Positions 17,421 through 27,089 of a stretch of 33,117 nt of DNA are shown one piece after another. The first letter of the stretch is position 1. Every line of letters begins with the position of its first letter. A program made the translations under genes and the position numbers. The notes under the pieces are model-generated. The model did no database searches, was not told where the DNA came from, and saw only the letters and a list, made by a program, of their open reading frames with translations. The stretch is from a virus (lineage: Duplodnaviria > Caudoviricetes): positions 1 through 33,117 of IMG/VR virus record IMGVR_UViG_3300027804_000146; one strand, written 5' to 3'.

Positions 17421-19030
17421 TGGCCGATTTAAGATTGTCTGGAATGGGTGGCACACCCTTTGGTGAAACAGCAGATAGGCCAGCATCCCCATCAATTGGA
17501 CAAACATTTAATAATGGAACTCTTGGAGTACAAGAAATTTATACGGCAAATGGCTGGATTTCAAATTCTGCTCCACCTGCTGCACCTTCAATCGGATCTG
17601 CTACAAATGTTGGATCTGCAAGATCATATAATAATGGAGCAGCTACAATAACATTTACCGCTGGAGAAGTAGGAGGAATTGCATCTTCATATGTTGTTAC
17701 TTCATCTCCAGGAGCTGTTCAAGCAGCAGGATCTTCTTCACCAATCACAGTCACTGGATTAACCGCTGGAGTATCTTACACTTTTTCTGTATCTGCACAA
17801 AACAGTTATAGCTCAACTGCTTCTGCAATAGCATCAAATTCAGTTGTTGCTACTACAGTTCCAGACTCACCAACTATTGGTACAGCTACAGCAACAGGTA
17901 CTTCGGGAACTGCAACAGTTACATTTACTGCACCAGAATCTGGAGGATCTGCGATAACCAATTATTCTTATTCTACAGACGGCAACACCTACACCACTTT
18001 GTCTCCATCTCAAACAACAAGCCCATTAACAATTACTGGTTTAACAAACGGAACATCTCAAACAATTAGAATAAAAGCAATTAATACAAATGGAACTTCA
18101 AATGCAAGTTCTGCAAGTAATTCTTTTACTCCAGTTGCGCCTAAAGCAACAGGAGGAACAATAACATTATCAAGTGGTAATTTTTATCATACATTTACAT
18201 CATCTGGAACGTTTACCCCGTCTTCAAACTTTACAACATCAGCATTAGCAGTTGGCGCTGGCGGAGGTGGGGGAAACAATGGCGGCGGCGGCGGCGGCGG
18301 TGGATTTGTTAGATTAATAACTGGCCAGTCAGCAGTATCTGGAACTGGATATACAGTAACAATTGGAGCAGCTGGAGCAGGCGGAACAAATAACTCATCA
18401 GGAAATGCAACTATTGGTGGTACAACTTCAGTATTTTCACAAAATTGTGTTGGCGGAGGTCCTGGAGCAGGATATCAATCTTCCGCCCCAACAGGTGGAA
18501 CATTTGCAAACGGCGGCGGAGGCGGAAATGGACAATCTGGAGGTAATGGAAACTCAAGTATTGGTAATGCTGGAACAGTAACTATAGGTGGATTAACAGT
18601 TAATGGTTATGCAGGTGGAGCATATAATGATTATAATGGATCTACAGATGGTAACATGGCTGGTCACGGCGGAGCTGGTGCTAGACAAAATGGATTTAAA
18701 GCTACTGGAAACTATGGCGTAAGCACAAACTCTTCGACTTGGTTTCCAGGCGCAGGTGGAAACGGATTTCAGTGGACGACAGCATTAGGCGGAAACAATA
18801 ATTATTATGCAGGTGGTGGCGCTGGAGGATGGAATTCAGGTGGAAACGGAGCAGTTGGCGGTCTAGGAGGCGGCGGAACTTCTGGAGGAACAGGGTCTAT
18901 TAATACTTCTGGTTCTACAATTCCTGGTGGATCTAATACAGGAGGCGGAGGAGCAGGAGTTGGAGGCTCACCAGCAGCTGGAGGCAATGGAGGATCTGGA
19001 ATAGTTATTATTTACTATCCAGCAACATAA
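17420..19030 (+). CDS. adhesin tip class B, copy 1: 2x FN3 + glycine-rich head (536 aa)
   Basis: Start reassigned to ATG 17420 (TAATG overlap; paralog begins MADLR). RPASP knob, two FN3-like repeats, ATGGT..YHTFTSSGTF..poly-Gly..GGSGIVIIYY. Confidence 0.8.
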   Translation: MADLRLSGMGGTPFGETADRPASPSIGQTFNNGTLGVQEIYTANGWISNSAPPAAPSIGSATNVGSARSYNNGAATITFTAGEVGGIASSYVVTSSPGAVQAAGSSSPITVTGLTAGVSYTFSVSAQNSYSSTASAIASNSVVATTVPDSPTIGTATATGTSGTATVTFTAPESGGSAITNYSYSTDGNTYTTLSPSQTTSPLTITGLTNGTSQTIRIKAINTNGTSNASSASNSFTPVAPKATGGTITLSSGNFYHTFTSSGTFTPSSNFTTSALAVGAGGGGGNNGGGGGGGGFVRLITGQSAVSGTGYTVTIGAAGAGGTNNSSGNATIGGTTSVFSQNCVGGGPGAGYQSSAPTGGTFANGGGGGNGQSGGNGNSSIGNAGTVTIGGLTVNGYAGGAYNDYNGSTDGNMAGHGGAGARQNGFKATGNYGVSTNSSTWFPGAGGNGFQWTTALGGNNNYYAGGGAGGWNSGGNGAVGGLGGGGTSGGTGSINTSGSTIPGGSNTGGGGAGVGGSPAAGGNGGSGIVIIYYPAT

Positions 19031-19033
19031 TAT

Positions 19034-20494
19034 ATGTCTAGAGCCAGAGACCTTGGAAGCGCATTTTCCTCATCATCAAACTTATCTTCAGACTCTGAAG
19101 TAAATGCTGCAATTTCTTCACATGCTACAGCATCAAATGGACATGTTGGAAGAGGCAATACTGCCTCACGTCCTGCTTCTCCTGCAAATGGAGATACCTA
19201 TGCAAACACACAAACAGGTTTTATTGAGCTTTATGAGTCTGGTAATTGGCAACAAGTTGGCGTTGTTCCATCTGTAGTTTCTAGTGTTTCAGCAACAAAT
19301 ATATCTTCAGGGCGGGCATACAATAATGGATCTGCCTCAATATCATTTACTCCTGGAACAATAGCGGCTAAAGCATATATAGTTACTTCGTCACCTGGTT
19401 CATATACTGCATCTGGATCATCTTCACCAATATCTATAACAGGATTACAGTCAAATACAGCATATACATATAGTATAGTTTCTTCTAATAACTATGGGTC
19501 TTCTGTTGCAAGTTCTTCAAGTTCATCTGTCACAGCAACTACAGTTCCACAAGCTCCTTCTATATCCTCAGTAAGTGTTTCTAGCACTCAGGCATCAGTG
19601 GCCTTTTCTGCAAATGCTACAGGTGGTTCAAGCATTACGGGATATACAGTTACATCAAGTCCTGGAAATATTACAGCAACTGGCTCATCAAGCCCAATTA
19701 CTGTTACAGGATTAACAAATGGGACAGCATACACATTTACAGCAGTTGCAACAAATGCCAATGGATCTTCTTTAGCAAGCTCTGCAAGTAGCTCAGTAAC
19801 TCCTATAGAATTGCAACCACCGTTAACAAATCTTTTTGCCTGGTATGATTCAAGTGATGCATCTACAATAACGCTTAGTGGATCTAATATTACACAACTA
19901 AATGATAAAAGTGGAAATGCAAAACATGCCACACAAAGTACTTCGTCTTATCAGCCAACAATTGTTTCTTCAGGTCTAAATGGAAAAAATACAATGCTAT
20001 TTGACGGAACAAATGATATGTTAAATATTGCAAATACAACTACTTTAGCAAATAACTTCGCCATTTTTGCAGTAGTTAAATCTAATTTTCTTAACTCAAT
20101 TTCAGGATCTTCAATAATTGGATCTGACGACGGCGGAGTGTCATGGTATGTTCAAAAAAATAACTACAGGCTAAATGTTGATAAAACGGCTCAAGCGTCA
20201 ATGCTTGCAGGAAGCAATATATTAGATGTGTCAGAAAATAATGTATGGAGACAAACGTCCTTGGTATGGTCAGGAACTTCAGACGGAACCTTAAGATGGA
20301 ATAAAGGTAGTATGGGTTCATTTAACAGATCTGGATTTGTCCCTACAGCACCTATTAAAACAATTGGAGCCTATATGCCTGGAGATACTGGCTACTTAGC
20401 AAAAGGCGAAATAGCAGAAATTTTAATATATAATAGTGCTAGCGTTAACGTTACAACTGTAGAAGCATATTTTACAGCTAAGTGGGGTGTTTAA
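19034..20494 (+). CDS. adhesin tip class C, copy 2: 2x FN3 + LamG/concanavalin-A-like head (486 aa)
   Basis: MSRARD and FN3 pair as in C1/C3, but the head is LFAWYDSSD..DKSGN..FDGTND..GEIAEILIYN..YFTAKWG with no poly-Gly. Confidence 0.8.
   Translation: MSRARDLGSAFSSSSNLSSDSEVNAAISSHATASNGHVGRGNTASRPASPANGDTYANTQTGFIELYESGNWQQVGVVPSVVSSVSATNISSGRAYNNGSASISFTPGTIAAKAYIVTSSPGSYTASGSSSPISITGLQSNTAYTYSIVSSNNYGSSVASSSSSSVTATTVPQAPSISSVSVSSTQASVAFSANATGGSSITGYTVTSSPGNITATGSSSPITVTGLTNGTAYTFTAVATNANGSSLASSASSSVTPIELQPPLTNLFAWYDSSDASTITLSGSNITQLNDKSGNAKHATQSTSSYQPTIVSSGLNGKNTMLFDGTNDMLNIANTTTLANNFAIFAVVKSNFLNSISGSSIIGSDDGGVSWYVQKNNYRLNVDKTAQASMLAGSNILDVSENNVWRQTSLVWSGTSDGTLRWNKGSMGSFNRSGFVPTAPIKTIGAYMPGDTGYLAKGEIAEILIYNSASVNVTTVEAYFTAKWGV
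19628..19668 (+). repeat. 41-bp exact direct repeat (second copy 25741-25781)
   Basis: TCAAGCATTACGGGATATACAGTTACATCAAGTCCTGGAAA in the second FN3 domain of C2 and C3. Confidence 0.9.
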
Positions 20495-20751
20495 TGTACA
20501 TACTATTTAACAGCATAGAAGAGTTTAATGAATGGCATTCAGGAATTAAGTCTATTTTAAATATACCTTCTGAAGACGGAGCTACATTAGAATACACTGT
20601 TGCTATATCAAGTGTTATAAATTTAGACCCTAGAGTTGTTGCAAGCTTCACACATGGAGATTTTGAGACCGATGGATTAAATTTAATAAGCATAGAAAAC
20701 ATATTTGATTCTGGAATATTGACTAGAATTGAGGTGGAGCATAATGGCTAA
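20494..20751 (+). CDS. small acidic protein coupled to the LamG-headed tip (85 aa)
   Basis: TAATG overlap with the C2 stop. Present only in the cassette copy that carries the LamG head. Confidence 0.65.
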   Translation: MYILFNSIEEFNEWHSGIKSILNIPSEDGATLEYTVAISSVINLDPRVVASFTHGDFETDGLNLISIENIFDSGILTRIEVEHNG

Positions 20752-21097
20752 TACTATTAATGTATGGGATGGAACAGAGTGGAAGACTCTGGCTACCGCC
20801 CTGCCTGTTCCAGAAACTATAGCACAGGCAGTATCTTCAAATATTACTATGGTTGCAGGCAGCGAATACTTTGTTAATACATCTGCTGCTAGAACGCTGA
20901 CATTGCCAGCATCTCCAAGCCTGGGTGACAAGGTAACAATTTATGATGCATCAAATTCGGCGGGCACAAACAATATTACAATAGATTCAAATGATGGTAA
21001 AATTAATGGTACGGTACAAGATGCTATTATGGACGTAAACGGTGCAGTACATACACTTGTTTATACTGGCTCAAGTTATGGATGGAGATTTTTATAA
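20744..21097 (+). CDS. fibre adaptor class D, copy 2 (117 aa)
   Basis: Start reassigned to ATG 20744 (GAGGTGGAG RBS; MANTINVWDGTEW aligns with D1/D3); ends GWRFL. Confidence 0.75.
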   Translation: MANTINVWDGTEWKTLATALPVPETIAQAVSSNITMVAGSEYFVNTSAARTLTLPASPSLGDKVTIYDASNSAGTNNITIDSNDGKINGTVQDAIMDVNGAVHTLVYTGSSYGWRFL

Positions 21098-22662
21098 TGG
21101 TAATTAGATCATCAAGTTCTAGCGGAATTCCTTTTGGAGATAATGCAGGTCGTCCTGCAAATCCAGGAACTGGTCAATTATATTCAAATGGAGAATCTCA
21201 AAGATTAGAGCTTTATACAGCTTCGGAATCCTGGGAAAATATTGTCCAAGAAGTCCCAGGAGTATCATCTATTTCTGGAAATTATTCAGAAGCAACAGAT
21301 TCAGGTGTTATTACCATTTATGGAACTAATTTTGTAAATGGCGCATTTGCAACTGCAATTGGTTCTAACGGAGCTCAGATAAACGCTAATTCTACGGTGT
21401 ACAATTCTTTAGTTCAGTTGACAGCAACATTTACAGGGCTATCAAATCAATATGAACCATATGATATCAAGGTTACAAATCCATCTAACCTATTTGGAAT
21501 TATTCCAGATGCATTATATGTAAATGCTAGCCCAGTATGGGTTACATCAAGTGGCTCTTTAGGAACATTCAACGAACGGGTAAGTATTACTTTATCAGCA
21601 CTATCAGCATCAGACTCAGATTCCACAGTGACATTTGCATTGCAATCAGGATCTTCACTTCCTTCTGGAGTTAGTTTAAATTCCACAACTGGAGTTATTT
21701 CAGGAACACTTCCAAACATTACAACAGATACAACATATACATTTACAATTAATGCTACTGATGGAGTAAATACTATTCCAAGAACATTTAGCATAACCTC
21801 TTTAGCCGTAGTTACTTCTGAAATATTAGTTGTTGCAGGCGGCGGAGGAGGATCTTCTATTATTGGCGGAGGCGGAGGAGCTGGTGGAGTAATTTCTAGC
21901 TCTAGCACAGTTTTCAGACGTGCAACTTCAATCACTGTTACAGTTGGAGCTGGAGGTAGGGGTGGATATGGATATACTGGAGGAAATGATACAGAGGCTG
22001 GATATCCAGGATATAACTCAGTACTTGGCTCCAATGTAGCGATTGGCGGAGGTGGAACTGTTGGTTGGGACACAACAGCAGTCCCAGCACTTTCGGGACA
22101 ACTTTCATGGACTAGAAATGGTGGTTCTGGCGGAGGCGGAAGCGGAACAAATGGTAACAGTAATTATCAAACTGGAGGAACGGGAACTTCTGGTCAAGGA
22201 AACAACGGCGCAAATGGCTCTGATCCAAATGGCGCAGGCGGCGGCGGAGCTGGCGCCGCAGGAAGTGGACTTAATGGTGGCATAGGAATTCAATCTTCAA
22301 TCACTGGAACACCAACTTATTATGGCGGAGGCGGTGGCGGAGGCCGTAGAATATCTGGTGCAGGAAATGGTCCATCTTCTGGCGGTTCAGGCGGTGGTGG
22401 TGCTGGAATGAGTGGCTCAACATTTAGCTCTAACCAAAATGGTAGTGCAAATACTGGCGGCGGTGGCGGAGGAGGAAATTATTCAGGTCCATCAGCTGGC
22501 GATCAAGCAGGTGGCAATGGTGGCTCTGGCGTAGTAATTATTGCATATCCAGACACTGAGTCAGCATTAACAGTTTCTAATGGACTAACATATGATCAAC
22601 CAACTCGTTCAGGATATCGTGTTTATCGGTTTACAGCGGGAACAGGAACAATTACTTTCTAA
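21097..22662 (+). CDS. adhesin tip class E, copy 2: Ig-like domains + glycine-rich head (521 aa)
   Basis: Start at TAATG overlap; GIPFGDNAGRPANP, EPYDIKVTNP, LPSGVSLN, poly-Gly, ends GYRVYRFTAGTGTITF. Confidence 0.8.
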   Translation: MVIRSSSSSGIPFGDNAGRPANPGTGQLYSNGESQRLELYTASESWENIVQEVPGVSSISGNYSEATDSGVITIYGTNFVNGAFATAIGSNGAQINANSTVYNSLVQLTATFTGLSNQYEPYDIKVTNPSNLFGIIPDALYVNASPVWVTSSGSLGTFNERVSITLSALSASDSDSTVTFALQSGSSLPSGVSLNSTTGVISGTLPNITTDTTYTFTINATDGVNTIPRTFSITSLAVVTSEILVVAGGGGGSSIIGGGGGAGGVISSSSTVFRRATSITVTVGAGGRGGYGYTGGNDTEAGYPGYNSVLGSNVAIGGGGTVGWDTTAVPALSGQLSWTRNGGSGGGGSGTNGNSNYQTGGTGTSGQGNNGANGSDPNGAGGGGAGAAGSGLNGGIGIQSSITGTPTYYGGGGGGGRRISGAGNGPSSGGSGGGGAGMSGSTFSSNQNGSANTGGGGGGGNYSGPSAGDQAGGNGGSGVVIIAYPDTESALTVSNGLTYDQPTRSGYRVYRFTAGTGTITF

Positions 22663-22680
22663 TAAATTCAATGCTATAAT
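22652..22680 (+). promoter_or_regulatory. internal promoter at the start of the second A-B-C-D-E cassette
   Basis: Extended -10 TGCTATAAT (22672-22680); TTACTT at 17-nt spacing; sits in one of only two sizeable gaps in the array. Confidence 0.6.
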
Positions 22681-22715
22681 TAAATAACAAACAACTAGGG
22701 GAAATGTGAACTTAG

Positions 22716-23582
22716 ATGGCAAATAAAGACTTTAAGGTCAAGAATAAACTTGTTATAGCAGGTTTAACTAATGCTAATGGCGTTTTATTAGCCGAAGGAC
22801 ATACTGTTGATTCCCACACAAATTTAGCTACACAATATGGTGGAACTGGAACAACAACCTCTCCTACTTCTGGACAAGTATTATACTCAACATCTGGCAC
22901 AACATATGCCCCAACAACTCTTGCAGATTTAGTAACTGGTGCAAAATATCAGGCAGATGCTCCTACATCTCCTTCAGTTGGACAGATATGGATTGAGTCA
23001 GATTCTACTTCAGATTCATTTGATCCAAATCTTGTACGCCGTCAGGCATTTACTGCAACGGCAGGACAAACAGTATTTACTACAACAGTTAACTTTATAG
23101 AAGGATATGAGCAGGTATACTTTAACGGCCTCCTTCTTTTGCGTACTACAGATTACACAACATCAAATTCAAATACAGTTACATTAGGTGCAGCGGCGGC
23201 AGTAAATGATATTATCGAAGTAGTAACAATAACAAATCTTAATTCAACTAATACATATACTCAGTCTGAGATAACTGGATATCTAGCAAACAAGAAGACT
23301 GAGATATCATCATCAATTTCAGGTGATACAGGATTATTGGCGGGAAGAAGATATTTTGTAACTTCTGCTTCCGACCTTACATTAACATTGCCAGGAAGCC
23401 CAGCAGTAAATGACGAAATTCAAATACTAGATGCTTCTGGAAACGCTTCGACGTATAATATAACAGTAAACAGAAATAATAAATTAATTAATGGAAATGC
23501 AGGCAATTTTATCATTGACGTAAATGGCTCATGGTATACCCTTGTATTTACAGGTAACACATATGGTTGGAAGGTGGCATAA
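22716..23582 (+). CDS. fibre adaptor class A, copy 3 (288 aa)
   Basis: MANKDFKVKNKL; APTSPSVGQIW; TATAGQT..QVYFNG..DYT; ends FTGNTYGWKVA. Confidence 0.75.
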   Translation: MANKDFKVKNKLVIAGLTNANGVLLAEGHTVDSHTNLATQYGGTGTTTSPTSGQVLYSTSGTTYAPTTLADLVTGAKYQADAPTSPSVGQIWIESDSTSDSFDPNLVRRQAFTATAGQTVFTTTVNFIEGYEQVYFNGLLLLRTTDYTTSNSNTVTLGAAAAVNDIIEVVTITNLNSTNTYTQSEITGYLANKKTEISSSISGDTGLLAGRRYFVTSASDLTLTLPGSPAVNDEIQILDASGNASTYNITVNRNNKLINGNAGNFIIDVNGSWYTLVFTGNTYGWKVA

Positions 23583-25150
23583 TGGCTGATTTAAGAGCAT
23601 CTGGTTTAGGTGGAGTTCCAAAAGGAACCACATCAGATCGCCCATCATCCCCATCAGTTGGAGACGTATTTTATAATGGTGATTTAGGTTACATGGAAAT
23701 GTATACAGCACAAGGATGGTTTGCTGCTACTCCAATTAACCCAGGAATTCCAACATCTGTTGTTGCAACAAACTCTGGAACATCTAGAGCATTTAATAAT
23801 GGACGGGCATCTGTAGCATTTAACGTAGGAACAGATGGTGGACTACCAACATCATTTACTGTAACATCGTCTCCTGGTTCATATACGACAACTGGATCTT
23901 CTAGTCCTTTGGTCGTAACTGGATTACAGTCATCAACTCAGTATACCTACACAGTTACAGCAACAAATAATTTTGGAACATCTTTATCTTCATCTGCAAG
24001 TACTGCAGTGACTGCAACTACTGTTCCTGCTGCTCCAAGTATTTCAGCTACTACTGGAAATACACAAGCTGCTATTACAATTACACCTGGAGCCACAGGT
24101 GGTTCATCTATTACACAATATTCAATTGTATCAAATCCAGTAACCACAACACAAACAACATCAAACACATCTTATACTTTTACAGGTCTAACAAATGGAA
24201 CTAGCTATACATTTACTGCAACTGCGACAAATGCAAATGGAACATCGTTATCAAGTTCTGCAAGCAATAGCATAACTCCAGTATACGTAATTCCAGCAGA
24301 CTTTTTGGTTGTAGGCGGAGGAGGCGGCGGAGGCTTTGATAATGGTGGCGGCGGTGGAGCGGGTGGTTTCCGTACATCTGCTGGAACTTCTGGAAGAAAC
24401 TCAAGCGCAGAAAATGCTTTATCTTTATCTCCTAATAATTCATATACTATAACAGTAGGTGCAGGTGGTGTAGGAACTTCTGATACAGACGTTTCAAGTC
24501 AAAGCAGCGGAATTAGTTCATCTATTTCTGGAACTGGAATAACAACAATCACGTCTTTAGGTGGAGGAAAAGCTGGTCGGAATGGTTCTCCTCCTTCTGA
24601 CGGTGGTTCAGGCGGCGGAGTTTGGCGTGTAGCTACAAGCCCAGGATCAGGAACCGCTGGTCAAGGTTATGAAGGAGGCACAGGATACGTAGGCATTTGC
24701 GGTGGCGGTGGCGGTGGTGCTGGACAAGCAGGTCAAGCAGCAACATCTATGTCTGGAGGTAATGGTGGCAATGGACTTCAATCATCAATTACAGGAACTG
24801 CAATTTATTATGCAGGCGGTGGAGGAGGTTCTGTTGAAGTAAATAATTCTTCAGTAGTAATGGGTCAAGGTGGACTTGGTGGTGGCGGAACTTCTGGAGG
24901 TCGCTACTTTGGAACAAACTCGCCAGGTTATGCAGGTGGTAATGGCGGAACAAACCTTGGTGGTGGAGGAGGAGGAGTTGAATATGGTGGAGGAGGCAAC
25001 TCTACTAAATATGGTAACGGTGGTTCTGGAGTAGTAATTCTTCGGGTTCTACAACAAGCAGCATCAACAACTGGTTCGCCAACCTACACAACTTCAGGAT
25101 CTTATCACATTTACAAATTTACAGGAACAGGAAGTATTACCTTCTCATGA
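23582..25150 (+). CDS. adhesin tip class B, copy 2: 2x FN3 + glycine-rich head (522 aa)
   Basis: MADLRASG at TAATG overlap; FN3 pair; DFLVVGGGG..GSYHIYKFTGTGSITFS. Confidence 0.8.
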   Translation: MADLRASGLGGVPKGTTSDRPSSPSVGDVFYNGDLGYMEMYTAQGWFAATPINPGIPTSVVATNSGTSRAFNNGRASVAFNVGTDGGLPTSFTVTSSPGSYTTTGSSSPLVVTGLQSSTQYTYTVTATNNFGTSLSSSASTAVTATTVPAAPSISATTGNTQAAITITPGATGGSSITQYSIVSNPVTTTQTTSNTSYTFTGLTNGTSYTFTATATNANGTSLSSSASNSITPVYVIPADFLVVGGGGGGGFDNGGGGGAGGFRTSAGTSGRNSSAENALSLSPNNSYTITVGAGGVGTSDTDVSSQSSGISSSISGTGITTITSLGGGKAGRNGSPPSDGGSGGGVWRVATSPGSGTAGQGYEGGTGYVGICGGGGGGAGQAGQAATSMSGGNGGNGLQSSITGTAIYYAGGGGGSVEVNNSSVVMGQGGLGGGGTSGGRYFGTNSPGYAGGNGGTNLGGGGGGVEYGGGGNSTKYGNGGSGVVILRVLQQAASTTGSPTYTTSGSYHIYKFTGTGSITFS

Positions 25151-26679
25151 GCAGAATCAGAGATATAGCAAATATACTAACAGCTGCAAATGTTCTTTCA
25201 ACTGATATTGAAACGGCGGCAGCAATAACAACTGCTATTAATGCTTTACCTCCAGGATATGGAAGAGGTAATACTGCTTCCCGCCCAGCTTCTCCAACAG
25301 TAGGAGACATTTATGTTAATACAGAAACAGGCTTTGTTGAAATTTATGAATCTACAGGATGGTCACCAGTTGGCGGAACTGCATCAACAGTAACTTCAGT
25401 TGTTGCGACAAATGTCGGAACTTCACGGGCATACAATAATGGATCGGCTTCAGTAGCATTTACTCCAGGAACTATCCTTGGTAAAACATATACAGTTACA
25501 TCATCTCCTGGCTCATTTACAGCAAGTGGTTCAAGTTCTCCAGTTGTAGTAACAGGTTTACAATCTTCAACACAGTATACATATACTGTAGTTGCATCAA
25601 ATAATTATGGCACTGCATCTGCAAGTTCCGCCTCAACAGGCGTTACTGCAACAACTGTGCCACAGGCTCCAAGCATTACATCTGTAACGGGAGGAAATGC
25701 ACAGGCTTCTGTTGCATTTTCCGCAAATGCTACTGGCGGATCAAGCATTACGGGATATACAGTTACATCAAGTCCTGGAAACATAACAGCGTCTGGTTCA
25801 TCATCACCAATTGTTGTAACGGGTCTGACAAACGGCACATCTTATACATTTACAGCAGTTGCAACAAACAGTAACGGATCATCTGCAGCAAGTTCTGCAA
25901 GTAGTTCCGTTACACCAGTTTCATTCACAGCTACTGGGGGAACAACAGTTACATCTGGCGGTTATAAATACCATACATTTACTGGCAGTGGAACTTTTTC
26001 TGCCACAGGCTCTTCTTCAGTAGAAGTGTTAGTGGTTGCAGGAGGAGGAGCAGCAGGAGATGGTCATGGCGGCGGAGGCGGAGCTGGAGGATTATCTTAT
26101 CATTCTGCTAAGTCTTTATCTACAGGTAATTATACAGTTACTATAGGTGGAGGAGCGCCAGGAGTTTCTGGAGGTTACAGACTTGGAGATAATGGAGTAA
26201 ATTCATCATTTTCAGATATAGTTTCAAACGGTGGTGGTGGTGGGGCAGCAGGAGCTAACAGTGGAACTGCAAGGGCAGGTGGTTCAGGTGGAGGAAGCTC
26301 AATTAATGGATATGGTTCAAATGTTTCAAATCAAGGAAATACTGGTGGAGCGATAGGTTACGGAAATTCAGGCGGAGGAAATGGTTCAGATCATGGCGGA
26401 GGTGGCGGTGCTGGAACAGCAGGCGTAACTGGATCTACTGCAGACGGTGGAGACGGCAAATCAGATTTTTCAGCTTGGGGAGTCGCTACTAGTACAGGAG
26501 AAAATGTTTCAGGAACTTATTATTATGCTGGAGGTGGATGTGGTGCATCTACAGGAAGAGGTGGTTATGGCGGCGGAGGAGCAGCTGGTGTTAACGGAAC
26601 TACAAATACAGGTGGTGGCGGTGGAGGAAATGCTGGATCTGGTGCTTCAGGAATTGTAATTGTGAGGTACCCAGTATAA
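25147..26679 (+). CDS. adhesin tip class C, copy 3: 2x FN3 + glycine-rich head (510 aa)
   Basis: MSRIRD; ATGA overlap; FN3 pair; ATGGT..GGYKYHTFTGSGTF..GASGIVIVRYP. Confidence 0.8.
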   Translation: MSRIRDIANILTAANVLSTDIETAAAITTAINALPPGYGRGNTASRPASPTVGDIYVNTETGFVEIYESTGWSPVGGTASTVTSVVATNVGTSRAYNNGSASVAFTPGTILGKTYTVTSSPGSFTASGSSSPVVVTGLQSSTQYTYTVVASNNYGTASASSASTGVTATTVPQAPSITSVTGGNAQASVAFSANATGGSSITGYTVTSSPGNITASGSSSPIVVTGLTNGTSYTFTAVATNSNGSSAASSASSSVTPVSFTATGGTTVTSGGYKYHTFTGSGTFSATGSSSVEVLVVAGGGAAGDGHGGGGGAGGLSYHSAKSLSTGNYTVTIGGGAPGVSGGYRLGDNGVNSSFSDIVSNGGGGGAAGANSGTARAGGSGGGSSINGYGSNVSNQGNTGGAIGYGNSGGGNGSDHGGGGGAGTAGVTGSTADGGDGKSDFSAWGVATSTGENVSGTYYYAGGGCGASTGRGGYGGGGAAGVNGTTNTGGGGGGNAGSGASGIVIVRYPV

Positions 26680-27089
26680 TGGCTAAATTAATCAGAGTAT
26701 GGGATGGAACACAATGGCAATCAGTCGGTGCCGCTTTCCCGTATAGTTATATAACCATTAATGGTGAACAGATAAATCTTGGCGCAAGCGCAACAATTCC
26801 TACTGGTCCTACATCATCTGCAGTATCATCTAATATTACTATGGCTGCAAATTATAATTACTTTGTAGATACTTCAGCGGCAAGAACTTTAACTCTTCCT
26901 GCCAGCCCTGCCCTAGGAGATACCATTGCAATATATGATGCATCAGGGACGGCGGCAACAAATAATATTACAGTAGCAAGAAACGGCAGTAAGATTAACG
27001 GTCAAACAGTTAATGCTATAATTGACGTAGATCAATCAGGCTCAATATTTACTTATACAGGCTCAACGCTTGGGTGGAGGTTCGACTAA
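26679..27089 (+). CDS. fibre adaptor class D, copy 3 (136 aa)
   Basis: MAKLIRVWDGTQW; YFVDTSAARTLTLPASP; ends GWRFD. Confidence 0.75.
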   Translation: MAKLIRVWDGTQWQSVGAAFPYSYITINGEQINLGASATIPTGPTSSAVSSNITMAANYNYFVDTSAARTLTLPASPALGDTIAIYDASGTAATNNITVARNGSKINGQTVNAIIDVDQSGSIFTYTGSTLGWRFD

